A DNA stretch of 61,011 nt, counting the filler. It is 3 parts of 3 records of this genome, joined end to end, with 100 filler letters (N's around TTAATTAATTAA, not from the genome) between each part and the next. Parts side by side here need not be neighbours in the genome. Positions count along the whole stretch, not along the records: positions 1 to 31,752 come from SRR31156797_4686; 2 more parts are not named here. One strand, written 5' to 3'. Within the stretch, counting starts at the first letter, position 1, and every line of letters begins with the position of its first letter. Made by a program: the position numbers and the translations under genes. The notes beneath the pieces were generated by a model. The model ran no database searches and was not told the DNA's origin. It saw nothing but the letters and a program-made list of their open reading frames with translations. Of this stretch, positions 1-10,042 are shown piece by piece.

Positions 1-477
1 TTCAACACCCATTACCACATCACCATACATCTGGATAAACCGACGATATGAATCCCATGCAAAACGTGCATTTCCTGATTTTTCAGCAACTACTTTAACC
101 GCATCGTCATTCATACCCAGGTTCAAGACTGTATTCATCATACCAGGCATCGATACCCTGGCTCCTGAACGTACTGACAACAGGAGTGGAAAGGCTTCAC
201 CTTTCGATCCAAACTTAGCATTCATCGCTTTTTCGGTAGCAGCAATGCCAGCTTCTACCTCACCTTTCATCAATTCAACCACTTTATCTTGTCCTAAAGT
301 GTTGTACTCAGTACATACTTCGGTTGTAATGGTAAAACCCGCCGGAACGGGAACACCAATCAAATTCATTTCTGCAAGATTTGCTCCTTTTCCACCAAGG
401 AGATTTTTCATTTCAGCTTTACCTTCGGCTTTTCCGTCTCCGAAAGTATAAACACGTTTTCTGTTATTATCCATCAT
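1..477 (-). CDS. ppdK: Pyruvate, phosphate dikinase, N-terminal part (runs off the window edge)
   Basis: Not in the ORF track; hand translation from ATG 477 (or 474) gives [55 protein letters not shown]...[25 protein letters not shown]...[14 protein letters not shown], all classic PPDK motifs. Confidence 0.95.
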   Translation of the reverse strand, partial: MMDNNRKRVYTFGDGKAEGKAEMKNLLGGKGANLAEMNLIGVPVPAGFTITTEVCTEYNTLGQDKVVELMKGEVEAGIAATEKAMNAKFGSKGEAFPLLLSVRSGARVSMPGMMNTVLNLGMNDDAVKVVAEKSGNARFAWDSYRRFIQMYGDVVMGVE

Positions 478-540
478 TAAATTTGTATTATGATTTAACG
501 TTAATAGTTGATTTTCAACACTATAAATTTTATGAGGTGG

Positions 541-548
541 CAAAATTA
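541..548 (-). promoter_or_regulatory. Bacteroidota -7 promoter element (TAATTTTG) for ppdK
   Basis: Matches the TAnnTTTG consensus about 65 nt upstream of the ppdK start. Confidence 0.5.
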
Positions 549-688
549 AAAATTAATATAACTCATACCCCAAAATGTTTGTTAAGATAAGGTGAATTCG
601 AATCAGCCTGAAAGGCAATAGCAAATGAACTGTTATCTTCGGAACGAAAATTGGTAAAAAACAGCGCCTCACTTAACATAATGATAAC

Positions 689-3055
689 ATGCGAAAGATT
701 TTGTTAATACTTTTTGCGATTATAATAAATTATGGGCCGTTAGTCATCGGTCAAACCATAAAACCCAAACTTAGAAAAGAAGTCAGGTCAACATCGGAAA
801 AAGGGAAATTCCAAAGTTCAGAAAACAAAAAAGTAGAGAAAAAATGGACCTGCCTTGGACCAACGGGCATGCCAAACGTTGTTACCAGTTCAAATACATA
901 CGGCCACGGACAAATCAACCGGCTGGCATTTGACCCACGTTACGACAGCGAGACCAATCATACCGTGTACGGATGCTCTTTTTTTGGAGGGTTATGGCGC
1001 AGCGAAGATAACGGCGAAAACTGGCACAATGTCAACACCGATTTTTTACCATCTACCTCAGTTGCTGATGTTTGCATAAATCCATTCAACCCTGAACAAA
1101 TATTTATTTGCACAGGGTATGGAGACGGAGGAATTTATGACGCACGAGGCCCAAATTGGGCACATATCAACCCGATTTTTACCACCGGCGTTTTTAGAAG
1201 CAACGATTATGGTGAAACCTGGGAAGACATTTCCGGTAATTTTCTTGGTTTTTTCCCCAAAGGCGGGATGTGCCGGAAAATGGAGATAAACCCATTAAAC
1301 CCTGACCAGGTTTTGGTGGCAACCACCGAGGGTGTCATCAAAACTGAAAATGCCACTTCTAAATCGCCGAAATGGGAAAATGTTTTTGCTGGTTTCGATG
1401 CAAAACTAAGAGATACAAGGGGAATCGCTTTTAAGCCTGGAGATGCCAATACCATTTATGCCAGTGGAAAGGAGATATTTATTTCCAGAGATGGTGGAAA
1501 ATCCTGGCAACCGCTTACCGGAGAAAAATTTGGCCTCGATCTTGAGAACCTACCTGAAGAATTTAAAGTGCGAAGGATTAACATAGCTGTTACCCCGGCA
1601 AATCCAAAGCGGCTCTATGCATACATTCTGGGGGAAAAAGAATTTAGAGAAAAGGAATTGATGGGGGCACATATCGCCATTTTCGAGAGAGGGCAATGGC
1701 GGATTATAGAATCCAGATTTTCAGGTGGATTAACCTATTTTGCAGACAACTGGATTGCCATTGCGGTTTCACCGGTAGATGCCAATGCTGTTTTTTATGC
1801 CAACACCAGATTAATAGGCTCCGAGAACATCGACAGCATAAAATTCGGGCTGCGTTCACCCTATTGCGGAAACGGGTTCCACGCTGATGTACACGATCTT
1901 GTATTCCAACCCCATGTGAAAAACCCGAAATTGTTTTCGGCAAACCATGGCGGGGTGAGTGTTAAAACCTTCCCCAATCCCAACAACAAAGGCTGGGAAT
2001 ATAAAAATGAAGGTCTTCAGGTTGCCACAATCTGGGCATTTGATGATTCTGAAAATGATGAAGATTTAGCCATTATTGGATTGCAGGATAATGGGACTTT
2101 ATTTAGATATGATACGTTGGGAAATATGTGGCATTTTATTTTTGGCGGTGATGGCGGAGCAAGCAGGATAGATCCGAATCAGCCCGAAAAACTCTATTTT
2201 TCGCCAGGAGACAAGTCGCTTTTTAGTTTCGATTTAACAACCTTCAGACGAAAAAATGAAGCCACCAAATTACCTTTTGATCCCCGGATTAAAAAAGACC
2301 GTGTTGGCACTTCAAAAACTACAGCCATGGTAAACCATCCCAAAACCGGCAGGCCCTGGTTTGGATTTACGGAATTGTTTTCACTTGAAATTGAAAACCC
2401 CACAGTTACGGATAAACCCGAAGAAATCTGGACATTACAATCTGACATTCACAAAACCGAGCCTTTTCAATGGCGGCGACAAATCACCGAAATTGAATTC
2501 TGCAAAGCACAGCCTGAAAACATTTACGTTGTAACCGGAGGCCAGCAGAACTCTCCATGGTATGATTGGCAACTTCCTTCAAAACTTTACAAAACCACAG
2601 CTGGCGGATTAAATGGAATTGTATCAGATGAAATACAATTTAAGATCATAAACTACCCGGGCATGAAATATGACAACGACACACTGGCCATCATCACAGG
2701 AATTGCTGTTTCTCCGTTTACTTCCGATCATGTTTGGATAACCTATACCGGCATTCCCGGCGAATACCGTGTTTGGTTTTCATCCAATGCTGGCAAAACA
2801 TGGAAAAACGCTGATCCGCGAGGCGTTTTTATTGATAATCCGGTGAATGCAATTGCTTACCAGGAAGGCAGTGCAGACAGGCTTTATCTTGGAACTGACC
2901 GGGGGCTGTACACCAGAAACCGATTCTCGGGCTGGGAGAAAGTTGAAGGCTTCCCAAATGTCCGTATTACCGAAGTGAAGATAAATTATAATTTCAACAA
3001 ATTGCGTGTTGCCACTTTTGGCAGAGGACTATGGGAAGGAGAACTTTTAAAATGA
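689..3055 (+). CDS. Secreted BNR/Asp-box (VPS10/GH74-like) beta-propeller protein
   Basis: Signal peptide; repeated SxDxGxxW Asp-boxes (SEDNGENW, SNDYGETW, SRDGGKSW, SSNAGKTW); HADVH, GLQDNG, GGDG and terminal ATFGRGLW motifs typical of this Bacteroidota family. Confidence 0.75.
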   Translation: MRKILLILFAIIINYGPLVIGQTIKPKLRKEVRSTSEKGKFQSSENKKVEKKWTCLGPTGMPNVVTSSNTYGHGQINRLAFDPRYDSETNHTVYGCSFFGGLWRSEDNGENWHNVNTDFLPSTSVADVCINPFNPEQIFICTGYGDGGIYDARGPNWAHINPIFTTGVFRSNDYGETWEDISGNFLGFFPKGGMCRKMEINPLNPDQVLVATTEGVIKTENATSKSPKWENVFAGFDAKLRDTRGIAFKPGDANTIYASGKEIFISRDGGKSWQPLTGEKFGLDLENLPEEFKVRRINIAVTPANPKRLYAYILGEKEFREKELMGAHIAIFERGQWRIIESRFSGGLTYFADNWIAIAVSPVDANAVFYANTRLIGSENIDSIKFGLRSPYCGNGFHADVHDLVFQPHVKNPKLFSANHGGVSVKTFPNPNNKGWEYKNEGLQVATIWAFDDSENDEDLAIIGLQDNGTLFRYDTLGNMWHFIFGGDGGASRIDPNQPEKLYFSPGDKSLFSFDLTTFRRKNEATKLPFDPRIKKDRVGTSKTTAMVNHPKTGRPWFGFTELFSLEIENPTVTDKPEEIWTLQSDIHKTEPFQWRRQITEIEFCKAQPENIYVVTGGQQNSPWYDWQLPSKLYKTTAGGLNGIVSDEIQFKIINYPGMKYDNDTLAIITGIAVSPFTSDHVWITYTGIPGEYRVWFSSNAGKTWKNADPRGVFIDNPVNAIAYQEGSADRLYLGTDRGLYTRNRFSGWEKVEGFPNVRITEVKINYNFNKLRVATFGRGLWEGELLK

Positions 3056-3171
3056 AAAATCAGTTTATCAATCTGACAATCATCCCATACCCCGGGATAT
3101 GTTTGGTTTTTTCAGTGTTGGACAATCTCCAACGTTTTTGAACCATCCTGAATAACTAAGGTTATGCTTCT

Positions 3172-4611
3172 ATGAAAACCAGAATCTTGCTCACCGGAGC
3201 AAACGGATACATCGGGAAACGGTTATTGCCGGTCCTTTCAGAAAAGGGATATGAAATAACCTGCCTTGTACGCGACAAAAAGCGTTTTCAACTCAACGAA
3301 AATTTGCGTAAAAACGTTAGCGTTGTAGAGGCTGATTTGTTGGATCACAACAGCCTAAAAAATCTTCCCAAAAATATTGATGTAGCCTATTACCTGGTTC
3401 ATTCCATGACCACATCATCTGAAAAGTTTTATACCCTCGAAAAGCAGGCTGCTGAAAATTTTGTTGGTTTTATTGATCAAACCTCATGCAAACAAATCAT
3501 TTACCTGGGTGGTATATCAACCGATAAAAAGCTATCGAAACACCTTGAATCAAGAAAAAACGTGCGTGATATTCTGGGAAGAGCCAAAGCTTCCTTGACA
3601 TCCCTTGGTGCTGGAGTAATTGTGGGTTCCGGCAGTGCATCATTTGAGATCATCCGGGATATCGTTGAAAAACTTCCGATTATGGTAGCACCACGCTGGT
3701 TAAAAACCCGAAGCCAGCCCATCGCAGTGCGTGATGCAGTAACGTTCCTTACTCGGGTTATGCTGAATAAAAACTGCTACAACCAGCATTTTGATATTGG
3801 CGGCCCGGATGTACTGACATACAAAGAAATGTTGCTGTTGTATGCCAGGGTCCGTGGCTATAAAAGATGGATCATCACGCTGCCGGTGCTTACCCCCAGA
3901 CTCTCGGCTTACTGGCTCAACCTGGTCACATCAACACCTTATAAACTGGCTTCTACACTCGTTAACAGTATGACCACTGAGGTTATCAGCAACGACAACA
4001 GGTTGCAACAAATGCTTGATATTAAGCCGGTGGATTACGAAACAGCAATCCGCCGTGCCTTCGATAAAATCGAACAAAACATGGTATTATCGAGTTGGAA
4101 GGATGCCATGGCATCAACGATGGACGACAGCAAAATTTCACATTATATTGAGGTACCATCCTTTGGATGTTATAAAGACCAGCAAAAATTTGAGGTGAAG
4201 GAACTAGAAAAAACGAGCCGGAACATCTTTTCCATCGGAGGTGATCATGGCTGGTACTATGGCAACTGGCTCTGGAAATTACGTGGGTTTATTGATAGTG
4301 CAATTGGAGGCGTTGGCCTTCGCAGGGGCAGGACACACCCCGACACCATTCAGGCCGGTGATGCACTGGATTTTTGGCGGGTAATCGACGCAAATCCTAA
4401 AAATGGCCGATTACTCCTTTATGCTGAAATGAAGTTACCCGGAGAGGCATGGCTTGAATTTAAGATCAACCATGAAAATGATAAAACATATCTTCACCAA
4501 ACCGCCACTTTCAGGCCGCGTGGAATATTAAGCCGGATATACTGGTTCGCATCCCTGCCATTTCACCTTTTTATCTTCTCAGGAATGGCCCGGCGTATTG
4601 CCAATAATTAA
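3172..4611 (+). CDS. Atypical SDR/NAD(P)-binding oxidoreductase with C-terminal DUF2867 (YbjT-like)
   Basis: GANGYIG Rossmann motif, GSGSASFE, C-terminal DFWRV...AEMKLPGEAWLEF. Confidence 0.85.
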   Translation: MKTRILLTGANGYIGKRLLPVLSEKGYEITCLVRDKKRFQLNENLRKNVSVVEADLLDHNSLKNLPKNIDVAYYLVHSMTTSSEKFYTLEKQAAENFVGFIDQTSCKQIIYLGGISTDKKLSKHLESRKNVRDILGRAKASLTSLGAGVIVGSGSASFEIIRDIVEKLPIMVAPRWLKTRSQPIAVRDAVTFLTRVMLNKNCYNQHFDIGGPDVLTYKEMLLLYARVRGYKRWIITLPVLTPRLSAYWLNLVTSTPYKLASTLVNSMTTEVISNDNRLQQMLDIKPVDYETAIRRAFDKIEQNMVLSSWKDAMASTMDDSKISHYIEVPSFGCYKDQQKFEVKELEKTSRNIFSIGGDHGWYYGNWLWKLRGFIDSAIGGVGLRRGRTHPDTIQAGDALDFWRVIDANPKNGRLLLYAEMKLPGEAWLEFKINHENDKTYLHQTATFRPRGILSRIYWFASLPFHLFIFSGMARRIANN

Positions 4612-4646
4612 AATTCGAGCCGCGTTTTTTCGCAGGGCATTGTTTT

Positions 4647-4654
4647 TATCTTTG
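4647..4654 (+). promoter_or_regulatory. Bacteroidota -7 element (TATCTTTG)
   Basis: TAnnTTTG match about 25 nt upstream of the GNAT gene. Confidence 0.5.
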
Positions 4655-4677
4655 CTGAAATTTGAACAACGATTTCA

Positions 4678-5214
4678 GTGATGATCGACATCATCAAAAT
4701 ACATAAGGGACTATATCTTAGGCGCATCAGCCATCAGGATGCAGAAGAAGTATTTGATCTTATCGATCAAAACCGCGATCATTTGAGCTATTGGCTTCCT
4801 TTTGTGGAAACAACCCATTCTCCGGATAATACTCATGCTTTTATTGACCAGCTTCATAATACCTGCAGCCGCGAAATAGTGTTTACGATTTGCTACAATG
4901 ATGCGATAACAGGCCTTATTGGGTTCAAAGATATAGACCGTACAAATCAAAGGCTGGAAATCGGATACTGGATTTCAAAAGAGAACGAAGGAAAAGGAAT
5001 TATTACAGACGCCTGCCGGGGATTGATTGATAAGGCGTTTAAGAAAATGAACATGAACCGCATCCAGATAAAGTGCGGTGTTGGAAACGAACGTAGTAGC
5101 AACGTCCCCAAAAGGCTTGGGTTCAGATTTGAAGGTATTGAACTGGATGGCGAAAAGCACAAAAACAGATTCATCAATCTCGAAGTTTACAGTATATTAA
5201 AGCGGAACTGGTAA
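4678..5214 (+). CDS. GNAT N-acetyltransferase, RimJ/RimL family
   Basis: EIGYWI...EGKGI, NERSSNVPKRLGFRFEG. Confidence 0.85.
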   Translation: MMIDIIKIHKGLYLRRISHQDAEEVFDLIDQNRDHLSYWLPFVETTHSPDNTHAFIDQLHNTCSREIVFTICYNDAITGLIGFKDIDRTNQRLEIGYWISKENEGKGIITDACRGLIDKAFKKMNMNRIQIKCGVGNERSSNVPKRLGFRFEGIELDGEKHKNRFINLEVYSILKRNW

Positions 5215-5272
5215 TTACCGGATATTAGATTTTGGAAGGCGTTTTCAAAAATAATTTTACCCAAAAAAATGT

Positions 5273-5280
5273 TAACTTTG
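5273..5280 (+). promoter_or_regulatory. Bacteroidota -7 element (TAACTTTG)
   Basis: TAnnTTTG match 21 nt upstream of the Uma2 gene. Confidence 0.5.
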
Positions 5281-5301
5281 TGATTATCAAATCCTGAAAC
5301 G

Positions 5302-5892
5302 ATGAGTACACTAAACCTTGACCTCAATAAAAAATACACCTACGCCGACTATCTCACATGGGTGGATGATGTAAGGCGTGAGCTCTACAATGGATTTATA
5401 AAACTGATGACCCCGGCACCATCAAGAAAGCATCAGAAAATATCGTCGAATCTACATGGCATTTTTTGGAGTTTTCTGCGGCAAAAAAAATGCGACATCT
5501 ATTCAGCTCCTTCAGATGTAAGGTTTACAAGTAGCAAAACCTCGAAAAACGATAGACAGATTGACACCGTACTCCAGCCAGACCTTTATATCGTTTGCGA
5601 TCTGGAGAAACTCGATGACCGTGGTTGCCTCGGCGCTCCTGATCTTATTGTGGAAATCGTTTCACCATCGAGTTCGAGAAAAGACCTGAAAGATAAATTT
5701 GAGATTTACCAGGATCATGGGGTACGCGAATACTGGATCGTAAATCCAAACGACGAGAATGTGAATGTTTTTGTGCTCAACAAAACCGGAAAATTTGAAT
5801 TGAAGGGACTATACCCAGGTGATGATATAATTCTGGTGAATATTTTTGATGGCAACCTGATCATTGATTTGAAAGAAGTTTTTACTTCCTGA
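5302..5892 (+). CDS. Uma2-family (DUF820) PD-(D/E)XK endonuclease-like protein
   Basis: YTYADYLTW, PAPSRKHQ, QPDL, PDLIVEIVSPSS...D...K...Y...GVREYWIV. Confidence 0.9.
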   Translation: MSTLNLDLNKKYTYADYLTWVDDVRRELYNGFIKLMTPAPSRKHQKISSNLHGIFWSFLRQKKCDIYSAPSDVRFTSSKTSKNDRQIDTVLQPDLYIVCDLEKLDDRGCLGAPDLIVEIVSPSSSRKDLKDKFEIYQDHGVREYWIVNPNDENVNVFVLNKTGKFELKGLYPGDDIILVNIFDGNLIIDLKEVFTS

Positions 5893-5927
5893 AATGAACG
5901 CTGCACTTTGAGAACAATTTCACTGGA

Positions 5928-6617
5928 TTAATCCCCCACATCCTTCCGATATATATCCCAGGGATCATAGTATTTTTCCATAAGAATATCAATACTCCGG
6001 CAAACCATCCAATAGGTTTCAAAAAAACGATTTGGAAGTGCCAAAGTTGGTAAAACAGGTTTTGGTTCAGCCTTCAGTACCTCAAAATGCAAATGATTAA
6101 ACTGCCATCCAAACCGGTTCAATTCCTCCTGATTCATAAAACTGGCAATGGATTCAAATGGCTCAACCTTGTCTCCGGGAAGCACTGAAATCGCTGACAC
6201 ATGTTCATAAACCGTCCAGATTTTCTCACCACCTGCAACATGGTGCTCAATGATAATCTGTGCAAAGGGCCCGTCATCACGTACACTAATCACCATACCA
6301 ACTGCTGCCGGAAAAACAGGCTCATATGCAAAATTTTCTGATGGTGGTTTTATGTCATTCCCTGTATGCAGGTGCGCTGGTATTCCGGGCCTGGCCTGAC
6401 GCTCGAGCCCAAATGCTCCAATTGTTGTCAGTTGGATTGAATGTATATTTTTCCTGTCAAAAGTCTGAACAGGCAGCCACCAATCATCAAATGTATCGAC
6501 ATTGGGAAAATGATTCTGAGGAAGGAAATTTTTGATAGATTTTTGATCTGAATACTCGATATTTATTGATGACAGGTTCATCAGCACGCATAGAAATATC
6601 AATATACCAGAGATCAC
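5928..6617 (-). CDS. M23-family metallopeptidase
   Basis: HTGND (HxxxD), YEHV and HLHFE zinc motifs; N-terminal hydrophobic signal; GTG start 3 nt after the HmuY-like gene stop. Confidence 0.75.
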   Translation of the reverse strand: MISGILIFLCVLMNLSSINIEYSDQKSIKNFLPQNHFPNVDTFDDWWLPVQTFDRKNIHSIQLTTIGAFGLERQARPGIPAHLHTGNDIKPPSENFAYEPVFPAAVGMVISVRDDGPFAQIIIEHHVAGGEKIWTVYEHVSAISVLPGDKVEPFESIASFMNQEELNRFGWQFNHLHFEVLKAEPKPVLPTLALPNRFFETYWMVCRSIDILMEKYYDPWDIYRKDVGD

Positions 6618-6620
6618 TTT

Positions 6621-7655
6621 TTATGGAGCCAGTTTTTTAAACTCAAATTGCGGATAGCCGTTTTCGCCGTCGGCATTGAAATAGCTAAGGAAGTGCATTT
6701 TATAAAAATTCCCATACAAACCCTGGATTATATAAACCTTATCAGAATCAACCGTATAGAAGCCCTGCTCAAGGTCGTAATCTTTCCACTCGTGGCCAAT
6801 GTTATCCAGGTTTTCATCAAATATAAGATTCATGGCATCAGCATATTCCACTTCTTCGAATGATTTTTCTGATTCAAGGAGGTGTGCCTGCACACCCTGC
6901 CTGTTGGTTAATACGCCTCTCACAACATACGGATAAGGTTCGGTGCCTGCATAAAGCAGCGTTGTGTATTGCCCGAAAAATAAATCCCAGTTTTGTTTTT
7001 CAGGTTGAAAGTGTACCACCTCTCCCCCATTTGCAAAAGTAAAACCCACAAAATTCACGGTTTCGTCTTTTGGTATTTCCGTTATAAAATCTTCACTTCC
7101 ATCCAGGTTTGCATGCCTGATCTGGTAATTTCCTTGAGTCAAATTCTGAAAAACAACTTTTTTATAGCCCAATGGGTTTCCGTCCTGATCTATTCCCAAA
7201 TCAATCACATACACATGATTCAGGTAAGTGGTATCATTGCCGTTGACGGATAACCAGTTGCCAACAGCGGTTGAATCCAGATGACCTCCTGAAGGGTCGA
7301 ATTTCATGTCCAGTCCGGTATGACTTGTAACTTCCTCGAAGCTCTTGGTTTCGGCATCTGCAGCATGCATAAACTTTGAAGTGTTGAGCAAAATATGCCA
7401 TCCATCAGGTGAGCTTTCAAAGGCCAGGTCATAATCGTTTGTAGTGCCTGTTTTCACTATTGCATTGGTAGCGAGGTTGTAAAAAGCAGTATTCGTATAT
7501 TTCGGGCCCAATTCAACCGTCCCTATTTTTACACCTTCAGGTATGGGTATGGGTTCTACCATTTCATCATCTTTCAACTCATCCATACAGGATGAAAGCA
7601 TCACCGAAAGGGTCAACAACAGCAAAAAGATTTTATATGAAAAAAATATTTTCAT
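6621..7655 (-). CDS. HmuY-family lipoprotein with two tandem HmuY-like domains
   Basis: Lipobox LSSC; YDLAF..HILLN and WDLFF..GVLTN repeats; C-terminal YIIQ...FYKMHFLSYFNADGENGYPQFEF typical of HmuY. Confidence 0.8.
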   Translation of the reverse strand: MKIFFSYKIFLLLLTLSVMLSSCMDELKDDEMVEPIPIPEGVKIGTVELGPKYTNTAFYNLATNAIVKTGTTNDYDLAFESSPDGWHILLNTSKFMHAADAETKSFEEVTSHTGLDMKFDPSGGHLDSTAVGNWLSVNGNDTTYLNHVYVIDLGIDQDGNPLGYKKVVFQNLTQGNYQIRHANLDGSEDFITEIPKDETVNFVGFTFANGGEVVHFQPEKQNWDLFFGQYTTLLYAGTEPYPYVVRGVLTNRQGVQAHLLESEKSFEEVEYADAMNLIFDENLDNIGHEWKDYDLEQGFYTVDSDKVYIIQGLYGNFYKMHFLSYFNADGENGYPQFEFKKLAP

Positions 7656-7658
7656 GGT

Positions 7659-9929
7659 TTAGATTTTAAATTTGAGGCCGGCAAAAAATGACCTTCCCCA
7701 GGCAATTGGCATGCTTGTACCTCCTGATCCGTGTACACTTCCGCCGCCTCCGCCCGAAGTTTTAATATCCGTGACATCAAATACATTTTTTACACCAGCA
7801 GAAACGGATATTTTTCCATCCAGAAAATCACGCCCCAGGGTAATATCCAGCATGTTGTAGCTTTCTTCAACATACTTTTCCACCTGGTCCTCGGATGTTA
7901 ATCGATCACGGGTAACCTCCCCGGTAAATTTATAAACGATCCCCAGCCTAATGCCGGTCAGCCTGTTATCATAGCTGCCGTTGAGGGCAAATTCCGGGTA
8001 ATAATAAAATTTATTGGACGCTTCCAGCCCGGAAACAAACTCGTTATAGATTCCAATATAGGAGGCACCAAATCCAAGGCTGAAAACACCCTTATGCCGA
8101 TACGTTACGTTGAGCCGGCCACCATAGGTTTTAAAGGCATCAGCATTGGTATAAACCCAAATCTCAGTGGTATCGCCAGTCCCTCCAACAACAGTTTTTG
8201 GCAGAAGGTCTATTTTATCCTTCATGGAGTTGTAAAAGAAATCCGGTTCAATTTTAAAAGCCACTTTTTCTGTCTGACTGTAATAACTCAAACTGAACTG
8301 GTAACTGTTTGAATGCTCAGCTTTCAGAGAATCCGAACCAAAAATCTTGTGATTGAGGTCCACAAAATCCAGATAAAGTTCTTTTAAAGACGGTGCCCTG
8401 AACCCTCTGCCATAAGATGCCCGGGCGGTCCAGCGATCGCTGACATTGTACAGTACATTAATGGAGGGCGTAAGGGGGGCGTCATATTTTGAATTGTATG
8501 CCGCACGCAATCCGGGCTGAATTGTAAGCTCCGGAACCGGCCTGTACTTTATACTGCCGAAAACTGCATAGTCCTGTATGCTTGCTGAGCCACCTTCTAT
8601 CTTTTGCCCTTTTCCGTTTTCAAGGTTTAAGTCTATCCCTACCTGGTAATTGAATTTTACAGTGTCCATCCTGAAACGGCTCAAAGCTCCTCTGACGGTC
8701 CACGAATCGAAGGTAGTGGTATCGAAATCAGCGGATGACCCTGAAGGCTGCTCATTGAGTGTTGCCAGATTTTTTATGGTCGTCTCACGCTTACGCTCAT
8801 AAAATGAGTAGGCCGCCATCACATCGATATACTTTTGTCCGCCGACAATACCGGTCCAAGAGAGGCTGTTATCCCAGCGTTTGGTGTAATAATGACCATC
8901 CCGTGCTTTATAAAAATAGTAGCCATTTTCGGTGTCGGCATCCAGCACAGGCGTGCCTTTATCCAAAACATATTCATCAAAATAGCGGCTCGAAACCCGG
9001 AGGTTTGTTCTGCCTATCCTGCGTTTGTATTTTAATTCGCCAAACCACTGTTCTTTGGGTTTCCACTGCTGGTAGCGGGAAGTGTCGTTTGTGGTAAATC
9101 CATTAAAGAAGTAGCGCCCGCCACTGATGAGCAAGCTGTTTTTCCCTTTGTACAGCCCAACCAGCCCGTCCACATTATACTGCCCAACGGATTCAGCGTA
9201 GGTATTGATGTTAGCATCCACTTTATCCGAAACATGATCGCGGGTGATCAGGTTTACTACACCTGCCAGTGCATTGGTACCATAGCTGACCGACATCGGG
9301 CCTTCCACCATTTCGATGCGCTCAATGTTGGAAGTGGTGATCTGGGAAAGATCAATATCACCGTTCATCCGGCCAATGACCGGAACACCATCCACGAGGA
9401 TCTTCACATTTTCGCCGCCAATACCCTGAAGTTTCATTTTGGTTCCCAGCGCGGCATCGTGGGTCATTTTCACGTTAAGCTGAGCAGAAAGCACTTCCTG
9501 AAGATTTACCGCCGCCTGCGACCGGATCTCTTCGGCTCCGATAACCTTGATTTTGTATATGGAACGATCGGTTCGCTGGGGTGTGTACTGCCCGGTAACC
9601 ACCACTTCATCCATATTCAGGATAGCCGGCTGAAGCTTAAATGTGTATGACTGTCCCGGTACCACAGTTTCGATGAGGGTGTGGTATCCCACAAAGGAAA
9701 TTGCCACGGTAGATTTCTCATTGGCCAGATTTTTCACTTCACCCTGATCATCCGTTACAGCATGATGTTGGATACCGGATTCAATTCCTTCGAAACACAC
9801 ATTGGCATAAACCACAGGTTGTTTATTACGGGAATCGATCAGCTGAATGGTAGCTGCCTGGCTAAAAACCAATATCGGTAGCTGAAGAAAAAGAACCAGA
9901 ATTATTAAGCGGAAAAATATTTTACCCAT
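7659..9929 (-). CDS. TonB-dependent receptor (HmuR-like, probable heme/iron uptake)
   Basis: N-terminal carboxypeptidase-regulatory-like domain, DEVVVTG TonB box, plug IERIEMVEGPMSVSYGTNALAGVVN, GFRAPSLKELY, C-terminal beta-strand GRSFFAGLKFKI. Confidence 0.9.
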   Translation of the reverse strand: MGKIFFRLIILVLFLQLPILVFSQAATIQLIDSRNKQPVVYANVCFEGIESGIQHHAVTDDQGEVKNLANEKSTVAISFVGYHTLIETVVPGQSYTFKLQPAILNMDEVVVTGQYTPQRTDRSIYKIKVIGAEEIRSQAAVNLQEVLSAQLNVKMTHDAALGTKMKLQGIGGENVKILVDGVPVIGRMNGDIDLSQITTSNIERIEMVEGPMSVSYGTNALAGVVNLITRDHVSDKVDANINTYAESVGQYNVDGLVGLYKGKNSLLISGGRYFFNGFTTNDTSRYQQWKPKEQWFGELKYKRRIGRTNLRVSSRYFDEYVLDKGTPVLDADTENGYYFYKARDGHYYTKRWDNSLSWTGIVGGQKYIDVMAAYSFYERKRETTIKNLATLNEQPSGSSADFDTTTFDSWTVRGALSRFRMDTVKFNYQVGIDLNLENGKGQKIEGGSASIQDYAVFGSIKYRPVPELTIQPGLRAAYNSKYDAPLTPSINVLYNVSDRWTARASYGRGFRAPSLKELYLDFVDLNHKIFGSDSLKAEHSNSYQFSLSYYSQTEKVAFKIEPDFFYNSMKDKIDLLPKTVVGGTGDTTEIWVYTNADAFKTYGGRLNVTYRHKGVFSLGFGASYIGIYNEFVSGLEASNKFYYYPEFALNGSYDNRLTGIRLGIVYKFTGEVTRDRLTSEDQVEKYVEESYNMLDITLGRDFLDGKISVSAGVKNVFDVTDIKTSGGGGGSVHGSGGTSMPIAWGRSFFAGLKFKI

Positions 9930-10042
9930 TAAAATTTTGCTAAGAAACGTACAAATGAATTTGACGTAATTGAAACAGAAAACTTACAGATATCCGTCTG
10001 GTTACGAAAACTCATCGTTCAAAAACCAGCTATAATAAAAAA

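Noticed and set aside
5302-5892. Uma2 gene as part of a defence or restriction system
   Set aside because: Standalone gene with its own promoter; no methylase, toxin or other defence genes adjacent; the family is commonly scattered
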